In this document: positions 11,727 to 24,355 of the stretch, one piece after another
Layout: each line of letters starts with the position of its first letter
Numbering within the stretch: position 1 is the stretch's first letter
Assembly (NCBI RefSeq): GCF_016433145.1
Contig: NC_058133.1
Location: 515,165,575 to 515,229,447 of the forward strand
Reading direction: 5' to 3'
DNA: 63,873 nt
Source: Gracilinanus agilis
Lineage: Eukaryota
The notes under the pieces: model-generated
Databases searched by the model: none
Seen by the model: only the letters and a program-made list of their open reading frames with translations
Told to the model about the DNA's origin: nothing
Program-made: the position numbers and the translations under genes

Positions 11727-12479
11727 AACAACCTTGAAAGCCTTAGGAATTCTAATCAATGCAATGAACAGTCATGAGTCCAGAGGGCTAAAGATAAAGA
11801 ATATTGCCCACTTACTGATGGAAAGGTGAGAGATTTGAGATGTGGAATGAGGCATATGATTATTTGACATGCCAATAAGGAAATTTGTCTTGCTTGATTC
11901 TTCATGGGTTTTGTTATTGTTTTTCATTTGGGGCAGGCAGTAAGGGGAGAAGTGAAATGCTTGCTAATTAAAAAAAAAAAAGTAAAACAAGTTGCATAAA
12001 GAATTTCCTAAAAGGCTGGCAATTATGAGTCAAGAACCCAAGATTCTGGTCTCCATTCTGCTACATTAGAAGAGTCCCCTCTTTTCTCTTGGCCTCCTGT
12101 TAAATGAAGAAGTTGGACCACATAGTTTTTGAAGTTCCTTGCAACATTAAATACTATGATCCTGAGACTAGGCAGTCTCTCAGGTCTCTTCTAGCTCCGA
12201 CACTTGAGGTTCCTGATGATGGATTACAGAACCTCCTCCATTCAGTCTGATTCTTTGCTTCCTGACTTCGATCATGATTCTCCTCTGTCTTACTGGCAGG
12301 CTATTAAAGATCTAGAGTCCCCCCAAAACCTTTGGACAGGCTTTTCCATTTCCACAAATATCCTACCAGTCCACCCCCCCTTGAATCCTGGGTGAGGGCC
12401 TCCCCAAGATTATCTGCTTCCTTCTTGCTTTTTTGCCCTGGATGGATGGCAATGATACTCTGTGCCTCTACCAGACCCA

Positions 12480-12700
12480 TCCTGGTTGCGTGTGCTCAAT
12501 GAGTGCTGCGATTGACCACGTTAGTTTATAGAAGTGACAAATCGAGTTCCACAGCCAGTTTCCTAGATTTGGCTCATTAATAAGATGTAGGACATCTAGC
12601 AGAGGGAAAGCCCAATATTAATGTCAAACGTTAGTGTTCCATCAACAACAAGGCTGGTATTGCTGGAGCGTTCGTTGCTGGGCAAACAAACAGACAAACG
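12480..12700. promoter_or_regulatory. Putative conserved non-coding / enhancer-like block
   Basis: Non-repetitive, retains several CpGs, and carries homeodomain/TALE-type motifs (ctcattaata, attaatgtcaaa). Conservation not testable here. Confidence 0.3.
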
Positions 12701-13189
12701 TCCACCCAAACTGGGTGGAGGACTGAAAAGGAAAGGAAAGCACTTCTCCGAATCCACGAGGCAGGGTCAGCCCCTGAGTTTCCATTTCAGTAGTGGAAAA
12801 AAAATCCAACAACAAGTTAGGTTGCTGCATCCAACTTGGCTTCAGGAAAAATGAGCCACGTGCCTTGGTCGTTAGGGCTGAGGTTTGGGCACGTCTTCAA
12901 ATATTTCCCCAGGAGGCTCTCAAAACTCCTCTTCATTCCAGTACAAGATGCTTGCTCAGACTTTTATTGCCCTCCATTTTGGAGTGAGCGGCAAAAGTCC
13001 ATCCCATGCCGGCCCAAGTTCCTCGCCCACATTTGTGCCGAGGTTTCAGGATTTGGTTTGCCACGACTGTTCTTACATGCCAGCAGCATTGGCTTGTCAG
13101 TCATGCACCCTTCCTCTAAAATAAGAACTTGGCCTGCGGAGAAGGCGTGAGGCAGAGCCGGCTCTTTAATAAATAATAAATAAGATGTA

Positions 13190-13530
13190 GGAACCAGTAA
13201 AGAAACTGGAGGCGTGTACCTAAGAGAAGAGAAGATCTAGTTGGGAGGAGATGACTGGCTTTAAGAATCTGAAGGGTATTCCAATAGATGAAGGGCTTGA
13301 CTTCTGCTTGACTTCAAAGGGTACAAAAAGGATAAATAGAAGGTTCAGGAAGGGAGCAAATCAGGAAGGCCTGGATTCAAGTCCCACTTGAACACAGACT
13401 GACTGTGTGACTGTGAGTAAGTCATCTCCCTGGGCAATGCTCTCAGACTTGTGAGGTGCAAAGAAATTCAGATCTGCATGGGTACAGAAAGTTCTTAGAC
13501 AAGAGTTCCCTCTACCAATGAAAGGACTGG
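13190..13530 (+). mobile_element. L3/CR1 3' fragment with a MIR inserted (~13360-13460)
   Basis: aagaaactggaggcgtgtacctaagagaagagaaga..tttaagaatctgaaggg matches L3 ORF2 end (LKELGMFSLEKRRL..FKYLKG). Confidence 0.65.
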
Positions 13531-15977
13531 TCTCAAAAAAGGGCAGGAGGACTGGGAAATAGAATTGATTTTTTTTCATTTATAAAAGGAAAAGGTTGGG
13601 CTGGATGACCTCTGAGGTTCTGTCAGACTAGCTGTCACTGTCCCAATATCCTCAGTGAATAATAAAAGTATAGACACAGGGTTTATGAAAATCCTTGTGA
13701 AGGAGAGATAGAGCAGGATTCAGAAGACCTGAGTTCAAATCCTGCCTCTACTACTTCCAAGCTATATGACTGTGAACAAGGATCTTTACATCTCTGGGAC
13801 TGAGTTTCTTTGTTTCTAATATGTAGAATTGGACTGGATGATCTAAAAGGGCTCTTTCAACTTTCAGTACAATGGGTTCAATTTAATCCAAATTGATGAA
13901 GCACTTCCCATGTAGCAGGAACTGTGCTGGCTACTGGGAATATTAGGACAAAATAAAACAGTCATTCTCAACCTCAAGGAGCTTCGATTCCAGTGAAGGG
14001 CAGAGAATCAATGCAAAGTATATGTGTGTCTACACATATGTCACAGACATTTACACACACACATATGTGTGTATCAAATAATACAAAGGAATGTCAAGAG
14101 GAGAAGAGGCCTGAGGCCTCAGAGGTGTCAAGAAGATCATTGCAGACCACTTAGCAACAGATCTGGATTCTGAAGGAAGCCAGGAATTGACTCTCCTTCC
14201 TGAAATCCTCCCCTCTGCCACAACTGCTTATTTAATTCAGATTATGAACCTACAAAACATGGTGGCAAATACTCTGGTGTTTTTGTAGCATTTTGCCACC
14301 ATGGCATCAGATAAAATTTACAACCCTGTGGGGGTGATGAGCACCAGCATTCTTATCCATTATACAGATGAGGAAACTGAGGCTCATTGAGGTGAAGAGA
14401 TTTTTTTTAGTCATTCACCTAACAAACATTAATGACAAGGTTTGAATCCAAATCTTCTCGCTTCCCCCATACCAGGCTGCCTCCTAAATTGGACCAGGAC
14501 CTCTATCTAACCTCAGGAAAGAGTCCAAGATTTTGACAGACCTTAGTCATAGCAGCATTCCACAATGATAAAAGCAAACAGATCGTGGAAGATAACATGG
14601 AAAACCAACCCCTGCCGTCCCTCTGGAGATGGGTGGAGTGGGTGGAGGCTCAGATGCATCATAAATCCTTGTGGATTTCCCTCTGGCTCTTCCCCTAGTC
14701 TAAAGCCCAATGAATGACCCTAACAAAATGTTCTTACCACCTGCTAGTGGAAAGTTTCCTATGACAATAACTGGCAGGAAAGGGGAGTCTCTAATCAAAG
14801 CTAAGCGTTTCCATGGAAAGAAATGGAGCATTGGGAGGCTGAACCTTCAAAGGGATGCCTGCTTGAAATCCAATCAGCTTCATTTTTTTTTTCCCTCTCT
14901 TAAAGTACAGCGATTCCATCCTTCGGACTCCCCAGCGTGGCCAGCCTTCGTGGTTTGGGGTGGAGAAACGTTGGCAAAGGGGCCATCCCGTATCTCAAGA
15001 CATATGAATGTTGTTTTCCACTCATGTGCATCAACAAAGGACTGTGGCACCAAGAGCTCCTACTGGGTATCTTGAGTACCCGTCAGAGTCCCTTTCTCTT
15101 GGGCTGGACCGCAAGTGGTCTATCATGCTCCACTCAAAACAGCCCCACTTCGAGTTGCTTCTCAGAAGTCTGACTAAAATGTCCTTCAGCCATGTTTTTT
15201 TCATTTGTAGACAAGAGGTCAGCGAGACCTTTTCCGAAGACACACACAACTCCTATTACCTCTTCTGCTCCTTTGCCACAAAGACCCCACCCCCACCCCC
15301 GGAAACATCCCACGAGTAGAGGCAGGAAGATGCTGAGCAACCAAAATTCTCTGGCATCCTGTGTGCCTAATCCCTTCCTTGGGGCTCCTGAGAGGAAGCC
15401 TGCTTCTCCCCCAATGGCCAGAGAAGTACAAAGGCATGAAACCAAAACCTACAGCACAGAAATATTCTTGGCCACAGAAAAGGGCAGAAATCGAGCCCCA
15501 CCGAGAATCTATAGTCAAAGAAAGTAAGCAAATAACCACAGCTGTCAAGGGACACGGCGTGCTATCAACAGGTAGAACGTGTCCAAGTCTGAAGGACAAG
15601 CTTGTGGCCACTAACAGCTCCAACAACTCTTAACTGAGCGCAGTTTCATTCAATGAGGCAGCATGGAACGGGAAAAGGCTCAGGATCCAGAATGTGGAAT
15701 CAAAGGTGAAAGCAATGGCTCTGTTACTTACAAGCTGGAGTAACCCATTTCTCATCTCTGACCTTCGTCCTCCTCATCCAATCAATGACAGAATGGGTCA
15801 GATGACCCACTAGAATATGACCTCCTGATGAGTAGGGATTGTTTCATTATTTGTACCTGTATCTTCACTGCCTCAAACACTACCTAGTACAGAGTAGGTG
15901 GCTCCTAAACCCTTGCTGGTTGATTCAGTTGTTGACTAAAAGGCAGGAGGCCTGAATTTGGGACGTGGCTCAACTTG

Positions 15978-16915
15978 TGTCTCTCTCCAGTTCTGTATCA
16001 CCCACTGCCAACTGGACATTTCCAATTGAGCATCCTGAACTCGCCATGGCCAAACAGGACTCCCTACTCAGCCCTGCTATTTTGGTTGAGGGAAATACCA
16101 TCTCTCTGGTCTCTTGACCGTGACTCATCCTTGCCTCTTCCTTCTCCCCATCCTCATATCGATCTGTTGCCAAATCTTGTCCATTAAACCTCCCCACAGT
16201 GTCTCTTCCATCCATTCTTTTATTTCCATTCACATGATCAGTATCCCAGCTACGGAATTCATCACCTCTTGCCTCACTTCCTGGTCTCCGAATGGGTCTC
16301 CTTGCCTTGAGTCCTTCCCTAATTCGACCACCAAAGAGCTTCCAAATTAATCTTCCTCAAACACTGTCTGATGATTCCCCTCCCTGAAACGTTTCAGTGG
16401 CTCCCTATCACCTCTGCAATAAAGTTCAAACTCCTCTAGTTAGCATTTGAATCCCTCACAGTCTGGTTTCAATCTAGCTTTCCATACTGATTACACATTA
16501 CTCTCCTTCGTGCAGTTTGGATTCCAGTCATACTGGCCTGAAGCCAAGTCCCTGGACAGGATGCTTGTGCCTTCATCTCCCACAGCCATGCTTTTGCACA
16601 GGTTTCTATGTTTAGAGTACAATCTCTTCTCTCTTCTTCGTCTTAGAATCCCTGAGCCTTTATAGCACAAATGTTCCCTCCTGCATGGGTGCTTTCCTGA
16701 TCCCTGACCCCCCCCACCTAGGTTCTGGGGATCTTGCCCTCCCCTCCAGAATACTTTGTTGTTACTTTCTCTACATTTCATTTTTACATTGATAAATGTA
16801 GTGATTATTTTCCTCCTATAAAATTACAACCCCTTAAGGGGAGGAACATGGCCATTTTTTGGCCTTGTGGTCCCCAGCACCTAGGACAGTGCCTGAGAAA
16901 TGAAAAATACTTTCT
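15978..16915 (+). mobile_element. L2 LINE 3' ~0.9 kb
   Basis: Pyrimidine-rich L2 body (aatcttcctcaaacac, ttcagtggctccctat, cccagcacctaggacagtgcctg). Confidence 0.85.
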
Positions 16916-17148
16916 GTTATTGTTTAATCATTTTCAGTCACGTCCAAAGCCTTATGGCCCCATTTGCCGTTTTCTTGGCAAAGATACTGGAATGGTAAGC
17001 CATATCCTTCTCTAGCTCATTTGATCGATGAGGAAACTGAGGCAAACAGGATTAAAGTAATTTTCCCAGAGTCACATAATGAGTAAATGTCTGAATCTGG
17101 ATTCAAACTCAGGTCTTCCCGACTCCAGGCCTGGCTCTATCAATGACA
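16915..17148 (-). mobile_element. Mar1-type CORE-SINE
   Basis: Reversed tail gttttcttggcaaagatactggaatgg, CORE and head. Confidence 0.85.
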
Positions 17149-19309
17149 CCAAGTAACTCCTCATCTTAAGTGACCTTAAGCAAGTCACTCTTTCCTTATA
17201 ATTTCAGTTTTATGATCAATAAAATAAGGGGCCTGGGGTCTGATGATTATTCAGTCTGGTACACAGTAAGGGTTTAATATATGCTTATTTCCTCTCCTAA
17301 ATCAGGCAATCAACCATCATTAACTACATGCTTAGGGCTTGGTTACATATTGGAAATACAGATACAGAAAGAAGCAATCCCTGCGTCACATAACTTAAAT
17401 TCTATTGGAAGAAGCATTATGTAGACATATATGTGAATGCAAAACCTATTTGGGAGACTAGAGTTACAAAGAAAAACAGAAACACCCTTTGCCCTCAGGA
17501 GCTTATAGTACACCAATGGAAACCAAAATGTACCTATAGAAGGATTTGCAAATTAAATACAAAATGAATTCTAGATGATTTCAGGAGGAGGTTTTAGAAG
17601 TAAGGGGTGGGGTGGGAGACACACAAGTCATTTCAACAAGCCTTCATTCACTAAATGCCCATTAGAGCTACTTAGGTTGTATGTTGGATACAGAGGATTA
17701 AAAAAAAATTGATAGAGTCCCTGATCTCAAGGAGCTCATAGTTTATTGGCAGGAAACCCCATATACGTAGAAAATGAAATACAACAAATGTAGCCAAAGT
17801 AACTCCCAGGAAGACGTCCCAGGGCTAATATGAAATGAAATGTGTTAACAATGGAACGGGGATTTCAGAGGGCACCATAGGAGAATGAGCTAGAATGGGT
17901 TAGGATGCTGGGATGAATAGGATTGACATGGATGGGTATGATGGAGCAAGGAGAAGTGGAGATGTAGTTTGCCCTGCCCTTTACAGGAGAAAAGGTGAAG
18001 GCGATTTGACCATCACACTGTAAGAAAGAGGTGGAAGGGGTGAGGCAAAAGGAGACTGCCTAGTGGCTGGGCACCTGGGGAGTTCCTAGTCTTTTCTGTT
18101 GGTCAATTGAGGGTCAGTGGTGTCTTGGGGTCTAGGAGGTTCTAAAGAGGTGAGGTATGCTTAAGGTGCTCAAACTCTAAACCTTAGCCAGGACTGAAGA
18201 CCAGCCACATAGTACCATGGTAGAATGGTTCTGACTGTAGCTCCTCAGTTCGTTGAATGTATCCATTTTGAGTTTCTCTTGACAGGCAGGGAATAAAGAC
18301 CCCAAGTTAAAGCAGACACTCCTTGGTCAAAGGCGAAAATCAGGCAAATGGGTATCCTAGCTCTAATGCTGAGAAAAATATAGAATGGACTGGAAAGAAA
18401 AGAAAAAGGAGCAGAGCCCAGGTTAAAGAGAGAAGGAGATAATTACTTCAGTCAGCCAAGTAGCTTCAAATGAGTAGCCAAATCAGCTTGACACATCTTT
18501 TGCACTCTCCCTACTCCCCCCACTGCTGATTCCAGATGAGAAGCATCTGGACTGTGGCTGGAGAAAAGGCTGCATCATGGATGATCTGCTGCATCATTAT
18601 CTGGGTTCCCTTCTAGACAAAGTACACGGTTTCAACCCTCTGGCCAACAAAACTGGGTTGACTCCAAATTCCTTCACTTAACCCCGGGCTTAGGGGAAAA
18701 CATGAGGATAGAGCTAATTGCTGGACTTGATTTCAAGTAAACTTACCACAGTGCTCACAGCTTGGAACAGGTTCAGATGGCTGTCTAGTTTGCCAGAGCA
18801 GCCCCCAGTTTGGGGGAGATGCATGAAATCAGAGTTGCAGGAGACATGGAATGGCCAACTTGGAAAACTGGTGCCAAAAGCAGCTCCCTAGGAATGGGGG
18901 GACAAAAGGCCACCAGGTGACATCCCAGTGCGATCTGCCCTCACAGGCTAGACACACGGACTCCCCTCCTCCCCGGGTCCATGAGGCTGTCTCAATACCC
19001 TTGTGCAGAAAGACTTCACCTCGAGCTGACCCGCAGCCATCATGGTTTCAGCAATGCAGTTGACAGACGGAATTAAATGAGTGAAATGACCTTAATGAAC
19101 CTGAAGACAGGATCGTGGACAGACATTGCAACAGATTAGCAGATGTTTCTCGGCCTGACTCTGCTGGTAGCAGACCAAGCTGCCATTTGCAGGATTCTGG
19201 GCCTGATCTTCAAACTCTCCCTTTGCTTCTGTGCCCTTTCTTCAGCTTCATAACCACTGGTGCTTCTCCTGCATCCCAATAATTTCCTTGTACTAATTTT
19301 ATGGATATT

Positions 19310-19311
<2 letters not shown>

Positions 19312-19358
<47 letters not shown>
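19312..19358. repeat. (TG)n microsatellite
   Basis: Pure TG run. Confidence 0.97.
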
Positions 19359-19359
<1 letters not shown>

Positions 19360-20488
19360 GGTTCCCTTGATAGCATATAAGCTTCTGGAAGTAGGAATTC
19401 TCACTTTTGCCTTTGATCCCACCAAACCTGGGAAAGGTACAGAACCACCAGACTAGGTGGCAAGAGTCCTTCCCACTCCCTGACTCTCAGAAGCCACTGG
19501 GTACCAAAGGGAGGAAGGTGCTGTGATGTAGAAGCACTTACCTCCAGTCTATCTGCCACACACACACCCCAAAGGTTCTCTCCATCCCCTCAAAATTCCT
19601 GGCAACTTCTCTTTCACTGGATCCTCTTCTGGTATGCTGACTCTCCCCATCCCCAGATGTAGAAAAGGCTCCAGAACACCAGCTCCACACTGACCTTTGG
19701 AGCCTCCTCTCCCCTTTACAGTGGCTGTGAGCCCAGACTCCTCCATCCCACTGGCTGCAGGGTGGATGTGGTCACCAGAAGGCTACCAAGAATACTTCTT
19801 CAGATAAGATATGACAGACCATCAGGCCTTACTATCTATTCTACCACTGTGCCCTAAGAATGAGTCCTTGCTACTCGGTTTTCTAGTTCCCCTTGTCATT
19901 GTCATTTATTCTCTGTGTCTTGCCATCTGCCCTGTAACTACTTCCTCCAAACCACCCCATCAGCCCTGCAGCTGGACTCCTCTATATATGTGCTGCTTGT
20001 CCAAATTCGAGTATTTAGTTCTCGAGAACAGGGACTCTCTAGACTTCTATCCTCAGCACCTAGCATGGTGCCTGGCATATGAGTTTGGTGAGTTTTTATT
20101 AGCTGAATGATTGGTTATCTTTGCCCAATAAGGATCCAGAGACCTCCATGTAAAGGAAGCCAACTGAAGTCCTCTGAAACCAAACTCTTCAAGATTTAAG
20201 AAGTGTGTGCCCATCTGAGTTGCTCCCCCTACATGAGAGTCACTCTCTGTAACCTACCTCTGACAGTTCTTTTTAACCTTGATGTAGTGAAAAGAACATG
20301 GCATTAGGCCAGGCCTGGGTTCAAGTTCCCTCTTTCATACTCTCTGGTTATTGACTTCTGGACACTGTGGAATCTCTCCAAGCCTCTATGCCCTTGTGTG
20401 GTAAATGGGGCTAATAATATCCCTAATGACTTTGGCAAATTATTGAACTTCTCAGTGCTAGCAGCCAAATCTCTAAGGCTGTAAATTA

Positions 20489-20806
20489 TTTTTTTCCTGA
20501 AATTTATTTTCTTTTCTTTTTCTTTTGAATATTTTCCCATAGTTCCATGTTTCATGTTCTTTCCCTCTCCCCCCAAACCTCCCCAACACCCCTTAACTGC
20601 TGCACAGTTCCACTGGGTTTTACATGTATCATTGATTAAGACCTAATTCCATATTATTGATAGTTGGACTAGAGTTATCATTTAGTGTCTGCATCCCCAA
20701 TAATATCCCCATGAGCCCATGTGTTCAAGCAGTTGTTTTTCTTCTGAGTTTCTCCTCCCACAGTTCTTCCTCTGAATGTGGCTAGTTTTCTTTCTCATAA
20801 GACCCT
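20489..20806 (-). mobile_element. 5'-truncated L1 3' end
   Basis: Reverse complement is homologous to the L1 at 8990-9450. The 15-bp TSD is taaggctgtaaatta (20474-20488) / taaggctataaatta (20807-20821). Confidence 0.88.
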
Positions 20807-21295
20807 TAAGGCTATAAATTATAGAACCGTAGAAAACCTGCTTGAGGAAAGGAAGTCTCCTCACTGGGACTTCTCTATCCTAAATGAAATTCCTGGTCTA
20901 GTTCTAATCTCCTCTCTCCCCCACAAAAAAAAAGACTTTCTATCTCCCAAGGTATGTTAACAATAAATGAAATTGTGTAAGTCAGGGGGCTGATTAGAGG
21001 AATTCCTCAATCAACGTGATGAGTTTCTGTGGTGGCTTCTCCCTATTAACTAGAGACGTGTCCATTGGCTCCTTGACAAAAGAACTAAAAGCAGTTCCAG
21101 ATGGAATCCCAGGGACTGGGATGCACCAAGATAAATTGGCTGGCACATTGTGAGGATGGGGTTTTGTGACTGGGACTTATCTAGGTTGGTTCAGACTCAA
21201 AGGAGAATGAACTTTTTAAAGAGGCCAACTCTTGGTAATAATTAATAATAGAAGAAAATGAATGTGTTTGACTTTCATGTATGTAAATGCATTTT

Positions 21296-21492
21296 TAGGT
21301 GGCTTGGTAGGTAGAGAGCCTGACCCCAAAATGGGAAGTCTTGGGTTCCAATCTGACCTCAGACACTTCCTACCTGTATGGCCCTGGGCAAATCATTTAA
21401 TCCCAGTTGTTTAGCCATTATTACTCTTCTGCACTGGAACCAATACATCATATGGATTCTAAGACAGAAGGTAAAGGTTTTATTTAAAAAAA
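21296..21492 (+). mobile_element. SINE1_Mdo-type SINE (older subfamily)
   Basis: Head, then tcagacacttcct, then tail ggaaccaataca..gattctaagacagaaggtaaagg and an A-rich end. Confidence 0.8.
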
Positions 21493-21879
21493 CATTTTTA
21501 AAACCTCCAGGCTTGTGCTGACACTTGTATGATGTTGAGATTTGGGCAAGATTGGAAAGAATCTGAAAACAGACCATCGTTTCATTACGGGTTCATTGTC
21601 AGGGAGATGTTAGCCCATTCTCAGGTCTCTGACTAAGTCTCTGAGGGCATCCCAAAAGGAGATGACTGCACCTGGGGAGCAGCTGAGAGTTGGGAGAGTG
21701 GGGGCCATCTGCAAAAAGCTCTCCATGAAAGGCTGCATGATACCATGGGGAGGTCCCTGGCTATCAGGCCAGAGGAATATGCTTCTGAGATTTACTACCT
21801 GGGTGCCCTTGAGTTGTCCCTGGATCTTTGTCTCCTCGTCTATAAAAGTAAAAGCTTAAAGACCTCAAGAGTCCTATTT

Positions 21880-22426
21880 CAGCCCATCATGCATTCCACT
21901 GCCAAAGTGATCTTCCTAAAGCCCAGCTCTCCCCATGGCACTTCTCTACTCAATAAACTCCAGAGGCCTATTACCACCAAGACAAAATAGAAAACCTTCT
22001 GATTGACATTTCAAATCCTCCCTGTCCTGGTCCCATTCTGTCTCTTCAGACCTCTTACTTCGTATTCTCCTCCACGACCTCTATAATCCAGCAGCCCTGG
22101 CCTTCGTGCTGTACCTGGCACTCAACACTCCATCCCCCATCTCCATGTCTTCCACGGGCTCTCCTTCATGCCCCGTGTTCTTCTCTCTCCCATGCTCTGC
22201 TTCCCTGGTTTCCTTGAAGGCTCAGCTCCAATCTTGTCTTCTGCCAGTCTACCCAGCTCTTCCCTCTGAGATGACCCTCCACTTCTACGATAAATATTTG
22301 TCGGTATATTTCTCTTGCATGTTGCCTCCCCCATTGGAATGGGAACTCCTTGAGGGCAAGAATTGGTTTTGCCTTCCTCTGTATTCCCATCCCTTAACAC
22401 AGTGTCTTGCTTATTGACTGACTGAC
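21880..22426 (+). mobile_element. L2 LINE 3' fragment
   Basis: ccactgccaaagtgatcttcctaaagc..ctccttgagggcaag..ttattgactgactgact tail. Confidence 0.85.
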
Positions 22427-22924
22427 TTAAAGCTCCAAATCTATGATTATAAGGCAGGGCTAAAAGATGTCAGACTTGAGAGAGTGGCTTGGCTTGCTCC
22501 CATCTCCTAGATAGGGTAGGGAATATGGGGGTCCATCCATCCAATTTCCCCATCTGTCAAAATTCCATCATGGAGGATTTTTATAATGAAACATTTCTTT
22601 CACGGTCAATTCCTTCACAATTGGCAGGAGATGACTAAATTTTGACAATGATAAAATGCTGAAGACACTTCAGGCAAATTCCATTTCCCCACAATTTTAC
22701 AAAATTACTCTGTTGAATCAAGAACCTCAGGGTGGCCCTTGTTGGTTCCAGCCTGAGCGCAGAAGGGAAGGTCATTTACCCAACCCCACAAACACAATCA
22801 TCCAATATGGCGGGCCTTACTTTACCCAGGACTCAGCACAGTGCCTGGCACATGGGAGGCTCTTTACTTTCCATCTTAGAGTCAATACTATGTATTGGTC
22901 CTAAAGCACAGGAATGTAAAGTAT

Positions 22925-23049
22925 AGGCAAAGGGAGTTAGATGACTTGCCTAGGGTCACACAGTTAGGAAGTATCTGAGGCCATATTTGAACCCAGGACT
23001 GCCTATCCCTAGGCCTGGTTCTCTATCCACTAAGCCACCCAGCTGTCCC
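22925..23049 (-). mobile_element. SINE head/CORE fragment (SINE1/Mar type)
   Basis: gacttgcctagggtcacacag..tttgaacccagg..ccactaagccacccagctgtcccc. Confidence 0.8.
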
Positions 23050-23823
23050 CATGATAGACTCTTAATACATTTTTATTGACTGACTATCATTTGGCATGGG
23101 GATTACCTCGGGACCCAATGCCAGCAGGACATTTATTCATGGAGCTGACTTACAGAAGGTCTCTTGGGAGACAGATATTCTGGCAATTAAGCAAAAGGAT
23201 TTCTTTCTGAGCTTGTTGGTTGGGGTCGATTACTCCAGATTCCAGTAACTGTATGGGATTGGGGTGGGAGGCATAGAATGGACATGGGTACAGTCTGCCC
23301 TCTAGGCCCAGGGACAGCCTGGGTGCTTTCTCTAGTATGGATTTCCATCAGGTTTTCAGAGGTTAATTCAAAAGTCAGTCTGTCGTACATCCCCGATCAC
23401 TCTGAAGCACTCAGCTTTATGCAAGCTCAGGGACTTCTCATCTCGGGGCCTTGAGCTGGGGCGAAAGAGCTTTGCAAGGCTGCCAAGAGCCATCGACATC
23501 TAGAGTCTGACACTTCCACGATTCCATTTTATCTACGTTTCTCAAATTGTCCTATAAATTAAAGGGGTTTGCGTGTTTGTTTGACATTGGACCTGGGGTT
23601 TCGTCCGGAGGGAGCTCCCAGGGAGGAAATGCTTCCATCTATGCAGACTGACACCAACTGCTACTTACAGTCATAGAAGTTTGCCTGGAATGCTGAGAGG
23701 ACAAAGGCCACACAGCCAGGATGGGGCAGAGGCTTGCCTCAAACTGGCTTAAATGTTGGTTCTTGATACCATAGTTTCTCTATATGAAGATATACATGTA
23801 TCCATATGTACATACATGGAGAG

Positions 23824-24143
23824 NNNNNNNNNNNNNNNNNNNNNNNNNNNNNNNNNNNNNNNNNNNNNNNNNNNNNNNNNNNNNNNNNNNNNNNNNNNNN
23901 NNNNNNNNNNNNNNNNNNNNNNNNNNNNNNNNNNNNNNNNNNNNNNNNNNNNNNNNNNNNNNNNNNNNNNNNNNNNNNNNNNNNNNNNNNNNNNNNNNNN
24001 NNNNNNNNNNNNNNNNNNNNNNNNNNNNNNNNNNNNNNNNNNNNNNNNNNNNNNNNNNNNNNNNNNNNNNNNNNNNNNNNNNNNNNNNNNNNNNNNNNNN
24101 NNNNNNNNNNNNNNNNNNNNNNNNNNNNNNNNNNNNNNNNNNN
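23824..24143. other. Assembly gap (320 N)
   Basis: Run of N. Confidence 0.99.
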
Positions 24144-24220
24144 AAGAGAAAGAGTCAGAGATGGAGAGACAGAGAGAGAGAGAGAAAGAGAAAGAGACAG
24201 ACAGAGACAGGCAGACAGAG
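24144..24220. repeat. GA-rich low-complexity island between two gaps
   Basis: 77 bp of agag/acag repeats. Confidence 0.85.
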
Positions 24221-24355
24221 NNNNNNNNNNNNNNNNNNNNNNNNNNNNNNNNNNNNNNNNNNNNNNNNNNNNNNNNNNNNNNNNNNNNNNNNNNNNNNNN
24301 NNNNNNNNNNNNNNNNNNNNNNNNNNNNNNNNNNNNNNNNNNNNNNNNNNNNNNN
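24221..24355. other. Assembly gap (135 N)
   Basis: Run of N. Confidence 0.99.

Larger units (their letters stand above)
10401..11981 (+). mobile_element. Old L1: ORF2 C-terminal fragment plus 3' UTR, interrupted by two insertions
   Basis: ORF 10471-10710 (NDRCWRCWEETGMLVHY...IPIHPGIPLL) resembles L1 ORF2 NRCWRGCGEIGTLLHCWW...IPFDPAIPLL. L1 sequence resumes at ~10934 and ~11727 and ends in an A tail at ~11970-11981. Confidence 0.85.
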
